A stretch of 64,000 nucleotides of DNA from Eledone cirrhosa (GCA_964016885.1 OZ024744.1:88660001-88724000), one strand, 5' to 3'; positions 13,988 through 28,215 are shown, counted from the stretch's first letter. The notes: generated by a model from the letters alone, not told the origin. Made by a program: numbers and translations.

Positions 13988-16900
13988 TCCACACGATAAA
14001 CTGTATATAACCAGGTAGACCACACGTTAAACTATATGACCAGGTAGACCACACGATAAAGTGTATATGACCAGGTAGACCACACGATAAACTGTATATG
14101 ACCAGGTAGACCACACGATAAACTATATGACCAGGTAGACCACACGATAATCTATATATGACCAGGTAGACCACACGATAATCTATATATGACCAGGTAG
14201 ACCACACGATAAAGTGTATATGACCAGGTAGACCACACGATAAAGTGTATATAACCAGGTAGACCACACGATAAACTGTATATGACCAGGTAGACCACAC
14301 GATAATCTTTATATGACCAGGTAGACCACACGATAATCTGTATATGACCAGGTAGACCACACGATAATCTTTATATAACCAGGTAGACCACACGATAAAC
14401 TGTATATGACCAGGTAGACCACACGTTAAACTGTATATGACCAGGTAGACCACACGATAAAGTGTATATGACCAGGTAGACCACACGATAAAGTGTATAT
14501 GACCAGGTAGACCACACGATAAAGTGTATATAACCAGGTAGACCACACGATAAACTGTATATGACCAGGTAGACCACACGATAAAGTGTATATAACCAGG
14601 TAGACCACACGATAAACTGTATATGACCAGGTAGACCACACGATAATCTTTATATGACCAGGTAGACCACACGATAATCTGTATATGACCAGGAAGACCA
14701 CACGATAATCTGTATATGACCAGGTAGACCACACGATAAAGTGTATATGACCAGGTAGACCACACGTTAAACTATATGACCAGGTAGACCACACGATAAA
14801 CTGTAAATGACCAGGTAGACCACACGTTAAACTGTATATGACCAGGTAGACCACACGATAATCTATATATGACCAGGTAGACCACACGTTAAACTATATG
14901 ACCAGGTAGACCACACGTTAAACTGTATATGACCAGGTAGACCACACGATAAAGTGTATATGACCAGGTAGACCACACGTTAAACTATATGACCAGGTAG
15001 ACCACACGATAAACTGTATATGACCAGGTAGACCACACGATAATCTATATATGACCAGGTAGACCACACGTTAAACTATATGACCAGGTAGACCACACGT
15101 TAAACTGTATATGACCAGGTAGACCACACGATAAAGTGTATATGACCAGGTAGACCACACGTTAAACTATATGACCAGGTAGACCACACGATAACCTGTA
15201 AATGACCAGGTAGACCACACGTTAAACTGTATATGACCAGGTAGACCACACGATAATCTATATATGACCAGGTAGACCACACGTTAAACTATATGACCAG
15301 GTAGACCACACGTTAAACTGTATATGACCAGGTAGACCACACGATAAAGTGTATATGACCAGGTAGACCACACGATAAACTGTATATGACCAGGTAGACC
15401 ACACGATAAAGTGTATATAACCAGGTAGACCACACGATAAACTGTATATGACCAGGTAGACCACACGATAATCTTTATATGACCAGGTAGACCACACGAT
15501 AATCTGTATATGACCAGGTAGACCACACGATAATCTGTATATGACCAGGTAGACCACACGATAAAGTGTATATGATCAGGTAGACCACACGTTAAACTAT
15601 ATGACCAGGTAGACCACACGATAAACTGTAAATGACCAGGTAGACCACACGTTAAACTGTATATGACCAGGTAGACCACACGATAATCTATATATGACCA
15701 GGTAGACCACACGTTAAACTATATGACCAGGTAGACCACACGTTAAACTGTATATGACCAGGTAGACCACACGATAAAGTGTATATGACCAGGTAGACCA
15801 CACGTTAAACTATATGACCAGGTAGACCACACGATAAACTGTATATGACCAGGTAGACCACACGATAATCTATATATGACCAGGTAGACCACACGTTAAA
15901 CTATATGACCAGGTAGACCACACGTTAAACTGTATATGACCAGGTAGACCACACGATAAAGTGTATATGACCAGGTAGACCACACGTTAAACTATATGAC
16001 CAGGTAGACCACACGATAAACTGTAAATGACCAGGTAGACCACACGTTAAACTGTATATGACCAGGTAGACCACACGATAATCTATATATGACCAGGTAG
16101 ACCACACGTTAAACTATATGACCAGGTAGACCACACGTTAAACTGTATATGACCAGGTAGACCACACGATAAAGTGTATATGACCAGGTAGACCACACGA
16201 TAAACTGTATATGACCAGGTAGACCACACGTTAAACTGTATATGACCAGGTAGACCACACGTTAAACTATATGACCAGGTAGACCACACGTTAAACTATA
16301 TGACCAGGTAGACCACACGATAAACTATATGACCAGGTAGACCACACGATAATCTTTATATGACCAGGTAGACCACACGATAAAGTGTATATAACCAGGT
16401 AGACCACACGTTAAACTATATGACCAGGTAGACCACACGATAAACTATATAACCAGGTAGACCACATGATAAACTGTATATGACCAGGTAGAACACACGT
16501 TAAACTGTATATAACCAGGTAGACCACACGTTAAACTATATGACCAGGTAGACCACACGTTAAACTGTATATGACCAGGTAGACCACACGATAATCTATA
16601 TGACCAGGTAGAACACACGTTAAACTATATGACCAGGTAGACCACACGATAATCTATATATGACCAGGTAGACCACACGTTAAACTGTATATGACCAGGT
16701 AGACCACACGATAAACTATATATGACCAGGTAGAACACACGTTAAACTATATATGACCAGGTAGACCACACGATAAACTATATATGACCAGGTAGACCAC
16801 ACGATAAACTATATATGACCAGGTAGAACACACGTTAAACTGTATATGACCAGGTAGACCACACGTTAAACTGTATATGACCAGGTAGACCACACGATAA

Positions 16901-18420
16901 TCTATATATGACCAGGTAGACCACACGTTAAACTGTATATGACCAGGTAGACCACACGTTAAACTGTATATGACCAGGTAGACCACACGATAATCTGTAT
17001 ATGACCAGGTAGAACACACGATAAACTATATATGACCAGGTAGACCACACGTTAAACTGTATATGACCAGGTAGACCACACGTTAAACTGTATATGACCA
17101 GGTAGACCACACGATAATCTTTATATGACCAGGTAGACCACACGTTAAACTGTATATGACCAGGTAGACCACACGATAATCTATATGACCAGGTAGACCA
17201 CACGTTAAACTATATGACCAGGTAGACCACACGTTAAACTGTATATGACCAGGTAGACCACACGATAATCTGTATATGACCAGGTAGAACACACGTTAAA
17301 CTGTATATGACCAGGTAGACCACACGATAATCTATATATGACCAGGTAGACCACACGATAAACTATATATGACCAGGTAGACCACACGTTAAACTGTATA
17401 TGACCTGGTAGACCACACGATAAACTGTATATGACCAGGTAGAACACACGTTAAACTGTATATGACCAGGTAGAACACACGTTAAACTGTATATGACCAG
17501 GTAGACCACACGATAAACTGTATATGACCTGGTAGACCACACGATAAACTGTATATGACCAGGTAGACCACACGATAAAGTGTATATAACCAGGTAGACC
17601 ACACGATAAACTGTATATGACCAGGTAGAACACACGTTAAACTGTATATGACCAGGTAGACCACACGTTAAACTGTATATGACCAGGTAGACCACACGTT
17701 AAACTGTATATGACCAGGTAGACCACACGATAAAGTGTATATAACCAGGTAGACCACACGTTAAACTATATGACCAGGTAGACCACACGATAAACTGTAT
17801 ATGACCAGGTAGACCACACGATAAAGTGTATATAACCAGGTAGACCACACGTTAAACTATATGACCAGGTAGACCACACGATAAACTGTATATGACTAGG
17901 TAGACCACACGATAAACTGTATATAACCAGGTATACCACACGATAATCTATATATAACCAGGTAGACCACACGATAAACTGTATATGACCAGGTAGACCA
18001 CACGATAATCTATATGACCAGGTAGACCACACGTTAAACTATATGACCAGGTAGACCACACGTTAAACTGTATATGACCAGGTAGACCACACGTTAAACT
18101 ATATGACCAGGTAGACCACACGTTAAACTGTATATGACCAGGTAGACCATACGATAATCTTTATATGACCAGGTAGACCACACGATAAACTGTATATGAC
18201 CAGGTAGACCACACGATAATCTATATATGACTAGGTAGACCACACGTTAAACTATATATGACTAGGTAGACCACACGTTAAACTGTATATGACCAGGTAG
18301 ACCACACGATAATCTATATATGACTAGGTAGACCACACGTTAAACTGTATATGACCAGGTAGAGCAGACGATAATCTTTATATGACCAGGTAAACCACAC
18401 GTTAAACTGTATAGGACCAG
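13988..18420. repeat. Tandem satellite/minisatellite, 31- and 29-bp units, roughly 145 copies
   Basis: Near-invariant ACCAGGTAGACCACACG followed by a small set of variants (ataaactgtatatg, ttaaactatatg, ataatctatatatg, ataaagtgtatatg and others). Confidence 0.97.
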
Positions 18421-18556
18421 GTAATAACAACTAAATATGAAAACACACTCTTGATAAATGCAATGTGTCCGACACGAAAGAGCCGAACTCCCACCGTCAC
18501 GCCCCATCTCTCTCGCCCTGTCTATTTCTCTGTATTGTGAGCGAATGGGGTCCCAC

Positions 18557-18610
18557 CTGTTGGCCGGCCCACAGCCCCGGCGGGAGTCATACCAATCAGC
18601 TGCTTCAGAG
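18557..18610 (-). CDS. Candidate internal exon (54 nt, phase 1-1; ALKQLIGMTPAGAVGRPT)
   Basis: Acceptor cttttctcgttattcag and donor CAG|gtggga. The frame is open and the length is a multiple of 3. Confidence 0.35.
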
Positions 18611-19327
18611 CTGAATAACGAGAAAAGTAGCTCAGATACCTGATAGACAAATTCAATTCGTATCAGCTTGACAAAGTTGCAGATATATTCCGCATTCACA
18701 TCATGACACTACAGCCCGACGCGTGGCTTTCAACAGCTTGGCTTGCAGCTTCCTTTCCGATTAACAACATCCAAATAGAATCGACTAGGTCAATAGATAA
18801 ATGAATGATTTCTCAATATTTCCAGTAGAAGGACGGTCAACAGGTGGATGTGAGGTGAGGTCTATTTCAAACAATAATTCAATATTCGAACATCATGAAA
18901 AGCTGAACTTGTCTAATGGTTAGGCACTTTCTCTTTCAAGTTATGTAGTAATAAACAAAGACAAATACAGACAAAATACACACGCATATACATACATACA
19001 AATACAAGCATACACGCACACAAATATATGCGCACATATACCAATGTACATACACACAAGCAAACATACACATACACAAACATACACACACACAGACATA
19101 CACATACACAAACTCACACTAATACGGACACACGTTCAAGTACACTGACGTGCGGGCTTACGCACACACACACACATGTAAACACTCAACTACACAATAA
19201 CGTACACATACAAACATAATCAAACACATACTCATAGACATAACAATGCTGGAAAAGTAGATTTCTCATATTTTTTCCCCTTCAGTGAACACGTGGCTTT
19301 CCAAAGTTAAAACGACGACAGTCTTAC

Positions 19328-19471
19328 CAACAGTCGAATGTGACAACCGTGAACCAGACAAATATTGGCGAGAAATATGTTTCCTCATTACTCTGCATTT
19401 TAACCATCCGTTATCAGCAAGTGCCAAAGTATATTGCCATCCTTTACACTTCGTTGCAAACGCACCACATT
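19328..19471 (-). CDS. Candidate internal exon (144 nt, phase 1-1; CGAFATKCKGWQYTLALADNGWLKCRV..HSTV)
   Basis: Acceptor ttactttctacag and donor G|gtaaga. Only one frame is open, and the sequence is unique within the window. Confidence 0.45.
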
Positions 19472-19654
19472 CTGTAGAAAGTAACCAAGCTTGCACTTGC
19501 GTTCCTTAGAAACGAACCCGCTTAGTGCGATTTATAAACAAAGTGTTATGTATATTACAGTTGATATAATCTTAATTGCGAATAGCATAGTATAGTTGTA
19601 GTGTTAAATATTTGAGTATCTATCTATCTAGCTGTCTATCTATCTATCTATCTA

Positions 19655-22600
19655 CCTCGGAGAAGATAGACGTGTTTTTGTTTCGCTCCTGCATTTTGTC
19701 GGAATTTATAACGAGAAGCGGTAGGTCTGTTTAAGTAATTTGTTATTTGTTGTGTTTAACCCCTCGCCTGGGCCTGCAGACGTTGGGTAAAATAAATTTC
19801 GCCCCTTTTTTGGGTCGAAATTTAATAGTTATAAGTTGTCGATAAAAAGTCGTTTAGTGACAATTGACGCCATTAATACAACGCATGCCACGCCCCCCCC
19901 CCAAGGAAAGTGATAGGGAGAAGGTAGTAGCACACCGTTGCAAAAGACACCACGGAATCAAAAGAAAAAATTGTGGAAATGGGTGAAAACCCTAAAAGTA
20001 ACAATTACACAAACAAGAACAACAATGACAATAACAACACAACCAACAACAGCAACAATGACAATAACAACATAACCAACAACAGCAATAATGACAACAT
20101 CAACAAAAGAAAAAAGCAAGCCAACACGAATAACAACAACAACAATGATAACAACACGAAAGAAAACGGACCCACAGCTGCAGTCTCCTTCGCACAGGCG
20201 GTCCGAGAAACGCAGACATACAAGGCACTGGACATCTCGAATGCCAAGAAATTGCTGAAAGAAGCAAGGAATTGTGTAAGTTTCGGGGAAGGTAATTCAC
20301 AATTACCTCCCCCGAAGAAATTAGAAGGGACACAGTCCTCAGAACTGTAATTTTTAGGACAGTTTCGAACACGACTAGGAAACCGGCTCAATTGTCCCAA
20401 AGCGAAATTGAGCTGGTCCTAAGTAGTGCCTGGAAGGATATCGCTTTCATACAGAAAGGGAAACTGTATGGAAGCATATCTGTTTTAATGCAAGATGAAT
20501 TGGCGGCACGGAAATATTCTGTGTCGCCAATTGTATCCAAAGCATACACCTTTTCCCCCACATATTTGGGAAAAAGAACTCAAAAGATAAGAATCTCGGG
20601 CATCAGGCCAAATGCGAACATTTGGTGGGTGCTAACGGGATTCTTAGAAGATGAAGACACAATCCTTTCGATAGGCGAATCCACCGGGGGCGTATTCGGC
20701 GGCAATAGCCTTGAAGTTCTGGTCCAAATGAGACCAGAACGGATAGCAAGAATACCGCAGCGTGTGTCCCTGGATAGAGTCGCTTTCATAAGCATTTCTG
20801 TTGAAGGCAGGCGGCCTTCATGCTACCAATGTTCAAGAAGTGGTCACCTGAGGGCTTACTGTCCCCTTTTAAATGCCCCCGCCCTCCCCCCAAAAAGATG
20901 CTTCTGCCCACCCCACACACAACAACACAACCACCACCACCACCACCAAAACAACAACAACACGAAAAAATAACAACACAAGATACTGTCCCACCCAACC
21001 CTTCCCCACCTAAAACAAATACAAAAGCAACCATAACAAAACCCCAAAATATACCCCTCCCCAACAACACGGACGAGGACGCCTTATCAACGTCACCCAG
21101 TGACGACGAGGGAGAACCCTTTCAACCTGTAAAAAGAAAGAAAAGAAGGCACCACATTAACAAAAATGCAACAAACACACAACCACCAGTAGAAACATCA
21201 CAAACATCACAAACAAAAAACCCCACCCCTCCCGAAAACATAACATATACTACAAAACGCAAACACACACAAGAACAACAAACAAAAACAAACACAACAC
21301 AACAAAAACAGTATACATACATCAACACAAACAACAAAACACTTGTGCAAACAATAGACAAAGACCCTTCGGTGGAAACCGAAGGGAAAATGTTAACCAA
21401 CGCAGCGGCTAAAGCACATTTAAAAATGATTAGGGTCCCAAGGAACACTTACGCAATGCTCAAACAGAACTTTCCCGAGGACGTGGGGAACCCCTGTACT
21501 AGACCTAGCAACCGCGTCCCCTTGAAATGTTTCCCCACCACCACCTCGGACACCCCTCCCACACCCCACCACATGTCCCCACTGATGTCCCCACCACATC
21601 CCAAACCACCACCCCACCAAACAACCTCGCCGACACACCCTTGGAAATTATGCAGCCTGGTCCCCAGGAGAAGGACAGGTAGGTGTCTTTTCCTTTTTCT
21701 CCACTCTAAACTCTTCACCACCAACATGGCTGTTATAAGAGTTGGATGTTTAAATGTGCCCGGCATGGGGATGTCCTGGAAGCAGGGCAAACTCTTGAAT
21801 GACCTCAGGTCGCACAGAATGGATGTGATAGCGATTTGCGAGTCCAAGATCAGCAGCGAGCACCAACTGGCCCCCATCTTCGACGACTTTGAGATCTATG
21901 CATCTCTCTGTCAGCCGGGAGGTGGGGGCGGGGTGTTCGTTCTGCTGCGAAAACACCTGGAAGGTACACCTGGACCCGGAGGGTAGACTGGTGGTTCTAG
22001 ACGTCGGCAGTAGTGAAGGTGGAGCCTTCAGGCTGGTGGCAGCGTATGCCCAATCTGGGACACCGCGACCGGACATCTTCCAACGCCTAGATACTTTTCT
22101 GGGAACGTCTCGCTCCTTGCTTTTAGTGGGGGACTGGAATGGTATCCTGGATGTACGTTGGGACTATGTAGGGGCATATCCCGATAGAGGGGGGTGTAAC
22201 AGCCTCAAACGGTTAATCGGCCGTTTTAATCTGGCCGATAGATATCGACTAGATTTTCCGACTGTGCTACTGTGGACGTGGACTAATCGTAGCGGAACAT
22301 CTAGGTCGTACCTAGATAGGTTCCTAGTTAGAAATAAGGATAGGGACATATTAAGCTGTCCACGAATGTTCATGGTTGACTATTCGGATCACAAGTTGGT
22401 GACCGGAGTGGTCAACCTTGATAGAACCCATAGACAAGGACCCGGTTACTGGAAGCTAAACTTGTCCTTACCGACATACAAAGCTTACAGTAAGCGGATT
22501 AGTTATCTAGTTAAGCAACGGTTGACGGGGGCAATTGTCAACAGCAGGTAGTGGGGCTCTGTCAAGAGAGAAATTAGAATAGAATCGATAGGTTTTAGTC

Positions 22601-25366
22601 AGGAATTAGCATTAGATAGGAATAGAACTGAAAGGGAATTGATAGATAGAGTAGAAGAGGCGATTAGGAGGGGCAACGTGGCCGGCGTGCTGGCGTCAAG
22701 AACGTCCCTAGACCAGTTCTTTGACGCGAAGCACGAGGGCTGTGTTGTCAGGAGTAAAATACGTGCTCTGGGTAACGGGGGAGCCAAAGCTCTTAGCTGG
22801 GCCCGAGTGACAGAGGCAAAAAGTGGAAACAAGTCCACGATTCGGTCTTTGAAGTACCAGGATGGACGCGTGATCCTTGAACCTGAGCGGATGTGCGCGG
22901 CCTTTCAACGGCGATTTGCACGGCTGCTCGGGAGGGGCGGCGGGCCGGGTGAGGCCATGGGTTTCGGTCCATAACTCGACGGTCTGCCGCGGCTCTCGGA
23001 CGGGGAGGCGAAGTCCTGTGAAAGGCCGATTTCAGCCGCTGAAATAGGGGAAGCGCTGAGCCTATGCGGCAAACGCAAATCTCCCGGTCTCGATGGTCTA
23101 CCATACGAATTTTATATAGCGATGCCGGACTTGTTCTCCAATCTCCTCGAGGCGGTCTACTGCAACTGAACGGGAGAATTCCCAGTTCTGTGACCAAGAG
23201 CGTAGTCACGCTGGTGAGGAAGGACGAGAACAAGGGGGATGACATAGATAACTTCAGGCCCATAACTCTGCTAAACACAGAGTTAAAGATTTTGGCCAAG
23301 GTGTTAGCGAAGAGGTTGGCGCTTGTCGTGGGAGAAGCGCAGACATGCGCAATCCCGTCCAGGTCCATACACGACAACCTCCACCTCATGCGACACATTG
23401 TAGAGTGGGTAGGGAACGAACTCGGATTTGGTGGGGCCCTGATCAACTTGGATCAATCTAAGGCGTTCAATAGGGTCAACCATCGATACCTGGATGTGGT
23501 GCTCGCGGTGGCCAGCTTCGGACCCGTTTTCAGGGGCTGGATTGCTGCAATGCACAGCAGAACACATGCTCGAGGTTCAACGTGAACACATGCTCGAGGA
23601 GCCGTTCCAAATCGCGCGATCCATCCGACAGGGATGCCCTCTTTCCTCCCTTCTGTATGGGCTGGCTCTCGAGCCACTACTGCGGAAATTGGAGCTGTTG
23701 CAGGGAATCCTCTTGGAACCGGGATTGCTGAAAGCGGTGGCGGCCTACGCCGATGACGTGACAGTAATGGTGTCGTGCGCCTCGGATATCGGGCAGATCG
23801 GCACCTTACTGGAGGAATACAAAATGTTTACAGGAACCAAGTTGAACCGGGACAAGTTCGTCGGTTTGCAACTCGGAACGTGGAGAAGCAAACCGATGCC
23901 CTCCGACGACGTCGTCGGACGCTGAGCGGAGGGACCGGTGAAGCTGCTCTGGGTCTGGTTCGGACCGGACCTCCAGGTGGAGAAAAACTGGGATGAGGTA
24001 ACGGGCAGGGTGTTTGCACTCGCCCAGAAGTGGGCCGAGTGCAAACTATCCGTGAAAGGTCGAGCGGAGGTGGCGAACACTTATATAGCGTCCGCCATCT
24101 ACTACCGCTTGACCGTCGTGCCTTGCCCAGCGAAAACGCTCGCCAAAATGGAGCACGCGCTCTTCCAATTCCTTTGAAAGAAGCGGGCCCCTTTGGTGAG
24201 AAGATCCATCTACTGTCAACACCCTTCGAACGGAGGGCTGGGAATGCCGTGGCTGACGATGCATAGACACGCATTAAGGCTACAGCACCTCCAGGTATTC
24301 CTCACCCGTCAGCCGGTGTAGGCCCCTTTTGTGAGGCGAGCCTTTCCGAGACTCATCTCACTCACCGAGCTGCAATCCTGGGTCAAGCAAAGACCGAGAA
24401 AAGTGGGCGACTGGCACATTGAATGTGCCCAGGCGCTCATGGCCCTCTGGCAAGCGGATCCGGCAATCAGTGAAGACTCAACCTCAACATTCTATAGAGC
24501 GTTGGTGCGCAACAAATGCGACGACGCTCTCGGAGAGGCTCTGGGCATGGAGGAAGACGAACTAGCCAGTCTGTTCGGAAGGACGTTCCGCCCGGGACCG
24601 ATCGACAACTTCTAAAAGTCCCTGGATTGGCAGTGCTACCGAGGAGCTCTACCCGTTCGGGACAAGCTCTACAGACACGGGCGCCCGGGTAGGGACCCCT
24701 CGAAGAAGATCTGTCCGAGATGCGTGCGTGACGAGGAAACCGTCGCGCACGCATTCATACACTGCCCGGGCATTGCTGACCTGTGGGACTATGTGGAATG
24801 ACTACTGTCGCGGGTGGGACAATCCGGTTGACCACCGAGTACATTGTCACGATCAAACTACCTCCCCCCTTCACAAACGAAGGAGAGGCGGTTTTCCTCT
24901 GTGTGATAGCTATGGCGAAAGAGGTTGTATGGTGGACGAGGTTGAAAGGGCTGGGGTCAGACACTTTTCTCTCCGGCCAACAACTGGTCCTTTTTTTCAA
25001 TTACCATTTTAGAAGAAGGATCAGAATGGAGAGAGAGGTGCTCTACCCCAGGAAGTTTTATGAAGGGTGGGTGAAAGTGGCGAGAATGGCCCGAGTGAAT
25101 GGGCCTTCTCTCTATATCACCCTGTAGGTGAGAGAGGAGAGGAAGGAGGAGAGGAAGGGAGCACCCGCTCTTTGTGCTTCTGAGGAGGAGGGTTGCACAT
25201 TTTCTTTCGGGGGCGTGTGCGACCCACGTCAACGCCCCCTCCCTATTGAGGACTTCGATTGTTTAATTTGATTTGTTATATATTTTTACACGTCCCTTGA
25301 AATGTATGTAAACTCCCCTCTTGTATTTGTCCCAATCTTTGATGCCCTGGTGGCAAATAAATAGAA
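19655..25366 (+). mobile_element. Full-length but inactivated Tx1-like retrotransposon (ORF1 about 19973-21700, ORF2 21726-25127)
   Basis: ORF1 has SFAQAV and a gag-like zinc knuckle CYQCSRSGHLRAYC. ORF2 runs from MAVIRVGCLNVPG through VGDWN, SYLDR, YSDHK, RT AYADDV and CPRC..H..C. AATAAA lies at about 25356. It has many stops and is flanked by (CTAT)n and (ATAG)n. Confidence 0.92.
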
Positions 25367-25396
25367 AGTTATCTTTCTATCTCTCTCTCTCTCTAT

Positions 25397-25492
<96 letters not shown>

Positions 25493-25494
25493 GT

Positions 25495-25710
25495 TATTCC
25501 GAGTTGAATCGGAGGTAACCACAGTAAGTAAGGTACTCAATAGATAGCAGAGTATAAAAGTTTTAATATAGAAGAGCTTCTACAGGACTAGAACTGTTTC
25601 ATTTGTGAGAAATCATCAGAAAGCTTCCTGATGCTTCCTGATGATTGAATTAAATGAATGAATGAAACAGTTCTAATCCTGTAGAAGCTCTTATATATTA
25701 AAACTTATAT
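25495..25710. mobile_element. Fold-back module with hammerhead-like cores on both arms (family G)
   Basis: Inverted arms at about 25553-25619 and 25638-25710. The core reads CTGATGA..GAAACAGTTCTAGTC on - and is degenerate on +. Related copies at about 46915-47030 and 54297-54452. Confidence 0.65.
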
Positions 25711-25909
25711 ATATATATATATATATATATAGACTAACTTTCTTTCTATTTGTTTACATAACTATCTATCTATTTATCGATCGATCTATCTACCTGTCTG
25801 TCGATCTGTCTACCTGAGTATGCGTCGGTCTATACGTATCTCTCTCTGTCGGTACGTATGTATGTATGTATATATGTATGTTTGTATGTACTTATGTATG
25901 TCCATAATC

Positions 25910-26240
25910 GTATCCAATGATGTTGATTTGTTCTTCTTTTTGGTAAATATCACCTTGGTTACGAGAGTGGGACTGGCTTTGTGCAGTGCCTTTGCTCACT
26001 ATAAAAGCTTCACGGCACAGGCGTTGCTTTATATCTGGAGATCTCTCTGCACTTGTCATCACATGGTACCATGGTCCCAGCACTATGTGTCAATAATTGT
26101 CACAAGTGTAGTGATTGTACCAGAGTTTTCAAGTCGCTGGCTGGACTAAAAAGTCACACTTGTTTAGCGCATCGGTAGGGGTTCTCCTACATGGATATAA
26201 AGTAGTGGCCGTACTCGAAAACGAGTTGGCAGCCACCATG
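25910..26240 (+). mobile_element. RTE-like LINE 3' fragment
   Basis: One frame reads CSDCTRVFKSLAGLKSH (C-terminal zinc-finger-like). It has a (TGTA)n tail and a second copy on - at 49763-50097. Confidence 0.6.
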
Positions 26241-26554
26241 TATGTCCATATATCTTAATGTTTGCTATTAAGCTCTCGGTGTTAACCAACCACACCAGAC
26301 AAGTACACAACTGTCAGGTCTATCTACTTCATACCAACAGAAATGAAGGAATACCATCACCCAGAATACTACGTTAATTCTTCTCTTCTGTAATAATTTC
26401 TCGAGTCCAAAGGCATAACTCGTGTAGACAAATTTCCGCCCGAACAATTAAGAATAATGTAATCCTTAATGACTCAAGGTCAGTTAGCTTCAGTGACTCA
26501 TATAACCGTCGAAAAACAGATACTTATCGATTTAGAAAGTGGAAAGTAATTACA

Positions 26555-26619
<65 letters not shown>

Positions 26620-26624
<5 letters not shown>

Positions 26625-26852
26625 ATAATAATAAATTTGAAGACTAAAATCCAAAGAGGGCTCGATAAGGATAAATATATATCAAATATATAAGAACCAT
26701 AGAGCAAATATTTATTAAAATAACAGATTAAAGTTTAAGCAAAGAATCGCTGCTTTCACCCTTAACGGGATCTTCTGAAACTAACAAAGTCAATCTGTAA
26801 ACGCAGAAGCGGCGATTCTTTGCTTAAACTTTAATCTGTTATTTTAATAAAT
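26620..26852 (-). mobile_element. Penelope-like terminal repeat fragment with inverted short arm and CAGAAGA hammerhead variant (26732-26782)
   Basis: Matches 38490-38590 and 43660-43760. The short arm at 26810-26852 is inverted, and (TA)n flanks both sides. Confidence 0.65.
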
Positions 26853-26925
26853 ATATATATATATTAGAAAGTGAGGTTTTTTTAACAAAATGAAAAATAA
26901 CCTAGGTGTCCTACACGAATGAAAG

Positions 26926-27011
26926 TATAAAGAAAAAAAGATGAAATCGAAAATGCAACTGGAGTCTTATACTCCAGTTGCATTTTTCGATTTCATCTTT
27001 TTTTCTTTATA
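26926..27011. repeat. Near-perfect ~40-bp-arm hairpin; fold-back copy of the family at 29830-29978 and 43330-43475
   Basis: ataaagaaaaaaagatgaaatcgaaaatgcaactggagt pairs with actccagttgcatttttcgatttcatctttttttctttat. Confidence 0.85.
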
Positions 27012-27493
27012 TATATATAGATATATATATATATAAATTAAAGTATAGAAATTGTTGTGAGCGTGAAGCCAACAGTATTTCATAATATATAAGTTACTAT
27101 AACGTCAAAATGAAAAAATAGTTAACGTAAGATGTGGGAAAATAATTCAAACTCAATTCAAAGGAAATCAAGAGATAGATTAATACATAGAATTTTGTGA
27201 AATCGAGGGAAAAATCAATAGAGCCTTAGTTCAGAATAAAATAAAGTCAAAATACTCATCCTTCAATTTGGAAAAACCACAAATGCTCTGTATAGTCTTA
27301 AAAAGACTATTTCGCGAAACTTTCAGTGGGGATGGTTATGGTTGGAATCGTTCATTATATATATATATATATAAAAACAAGGTGCTTGGAATGTATGTTT
27401 AAATGAAGCAAGTATTTATTATAATATAATAAAGGGAGGAGTGCGGTCTTTTATCCCGTTAGTAAAATAAGTCGGATTATTTTTTTAATAAAT

Positions 27494-27670
27494 AATTGTT
27501 TCTACTTTAGGCACAAGGCCAGCAATTAACCAGTGCATTACTGGTACTTTATTTTATCGACCCCGTAAGGCAAAGTCAACCTCGGTGGGATTTGAACTCA
27601 GATCGTAATGGGACGTTACTATGCTGCAAAGATGGTGTCCGACCCTCTACCGATACTGCCAATCCACCGA
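27494..27670 (-). mobile_element. tRNA-derived SINE copy
   Basis: Same family as 30243-30420. Confidence 0.8.
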
Positions 27671-27902
27671 AATAATGAATGAATATCATATCATTTATGT
27701 ACTAAATTTCGTAAGTCTTGATTAAGCATAAATAATTTTATTGCTTATTTCAAGATACACTTCTTTTAAAAGTTTTAAATTTCAACACTTCCGGTATATC
27801 GCTGCCACCACCACTTCAACTTCAACTACCATATATAAATAAACAGAGCGAGAAAGAGAGAGAGAGAGAGATACAGATAGATAGAGTGACTATGTGACAC
27901 AG

Positions 27903-27949
<47 letters not shown>

Positions 27950-28215
27950 TTGAAAGAAAAAAATGAAGAGATTAGAATTTTTTCCTATATGTTGACGAGT
28001 ATCTGTTTGTGTGTGTGTGTGCTGTGCATATACATACATTTATATGTATGAGTATATAACTATAATTGCACAAACATAGATACACTCACGGACATACATT
28101 CACATAAATACACATACTTTTACACAAACACATACATGCATTCACACAAAAACACACACTCATACATATAACTCATTTGTTACAGGTTTATTCACAATTG
28201 TATAAAAAATACAAT

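Noticed and set aside
13869-18032. Repetitive ORFs (WSTWSY/CGLPGHI) on the - strand
   Set aside because: They are frame-cycling translations of the 31-bp unit, broken at 29-bp units.
13988-18420. CRISPR-like array (constant repeat plus variable segment)
   Set aside because: The variable parts are 12-14 nt drawn from a few related variants rather than unique spacers. There are no cas genes and the context is eukaryotic.
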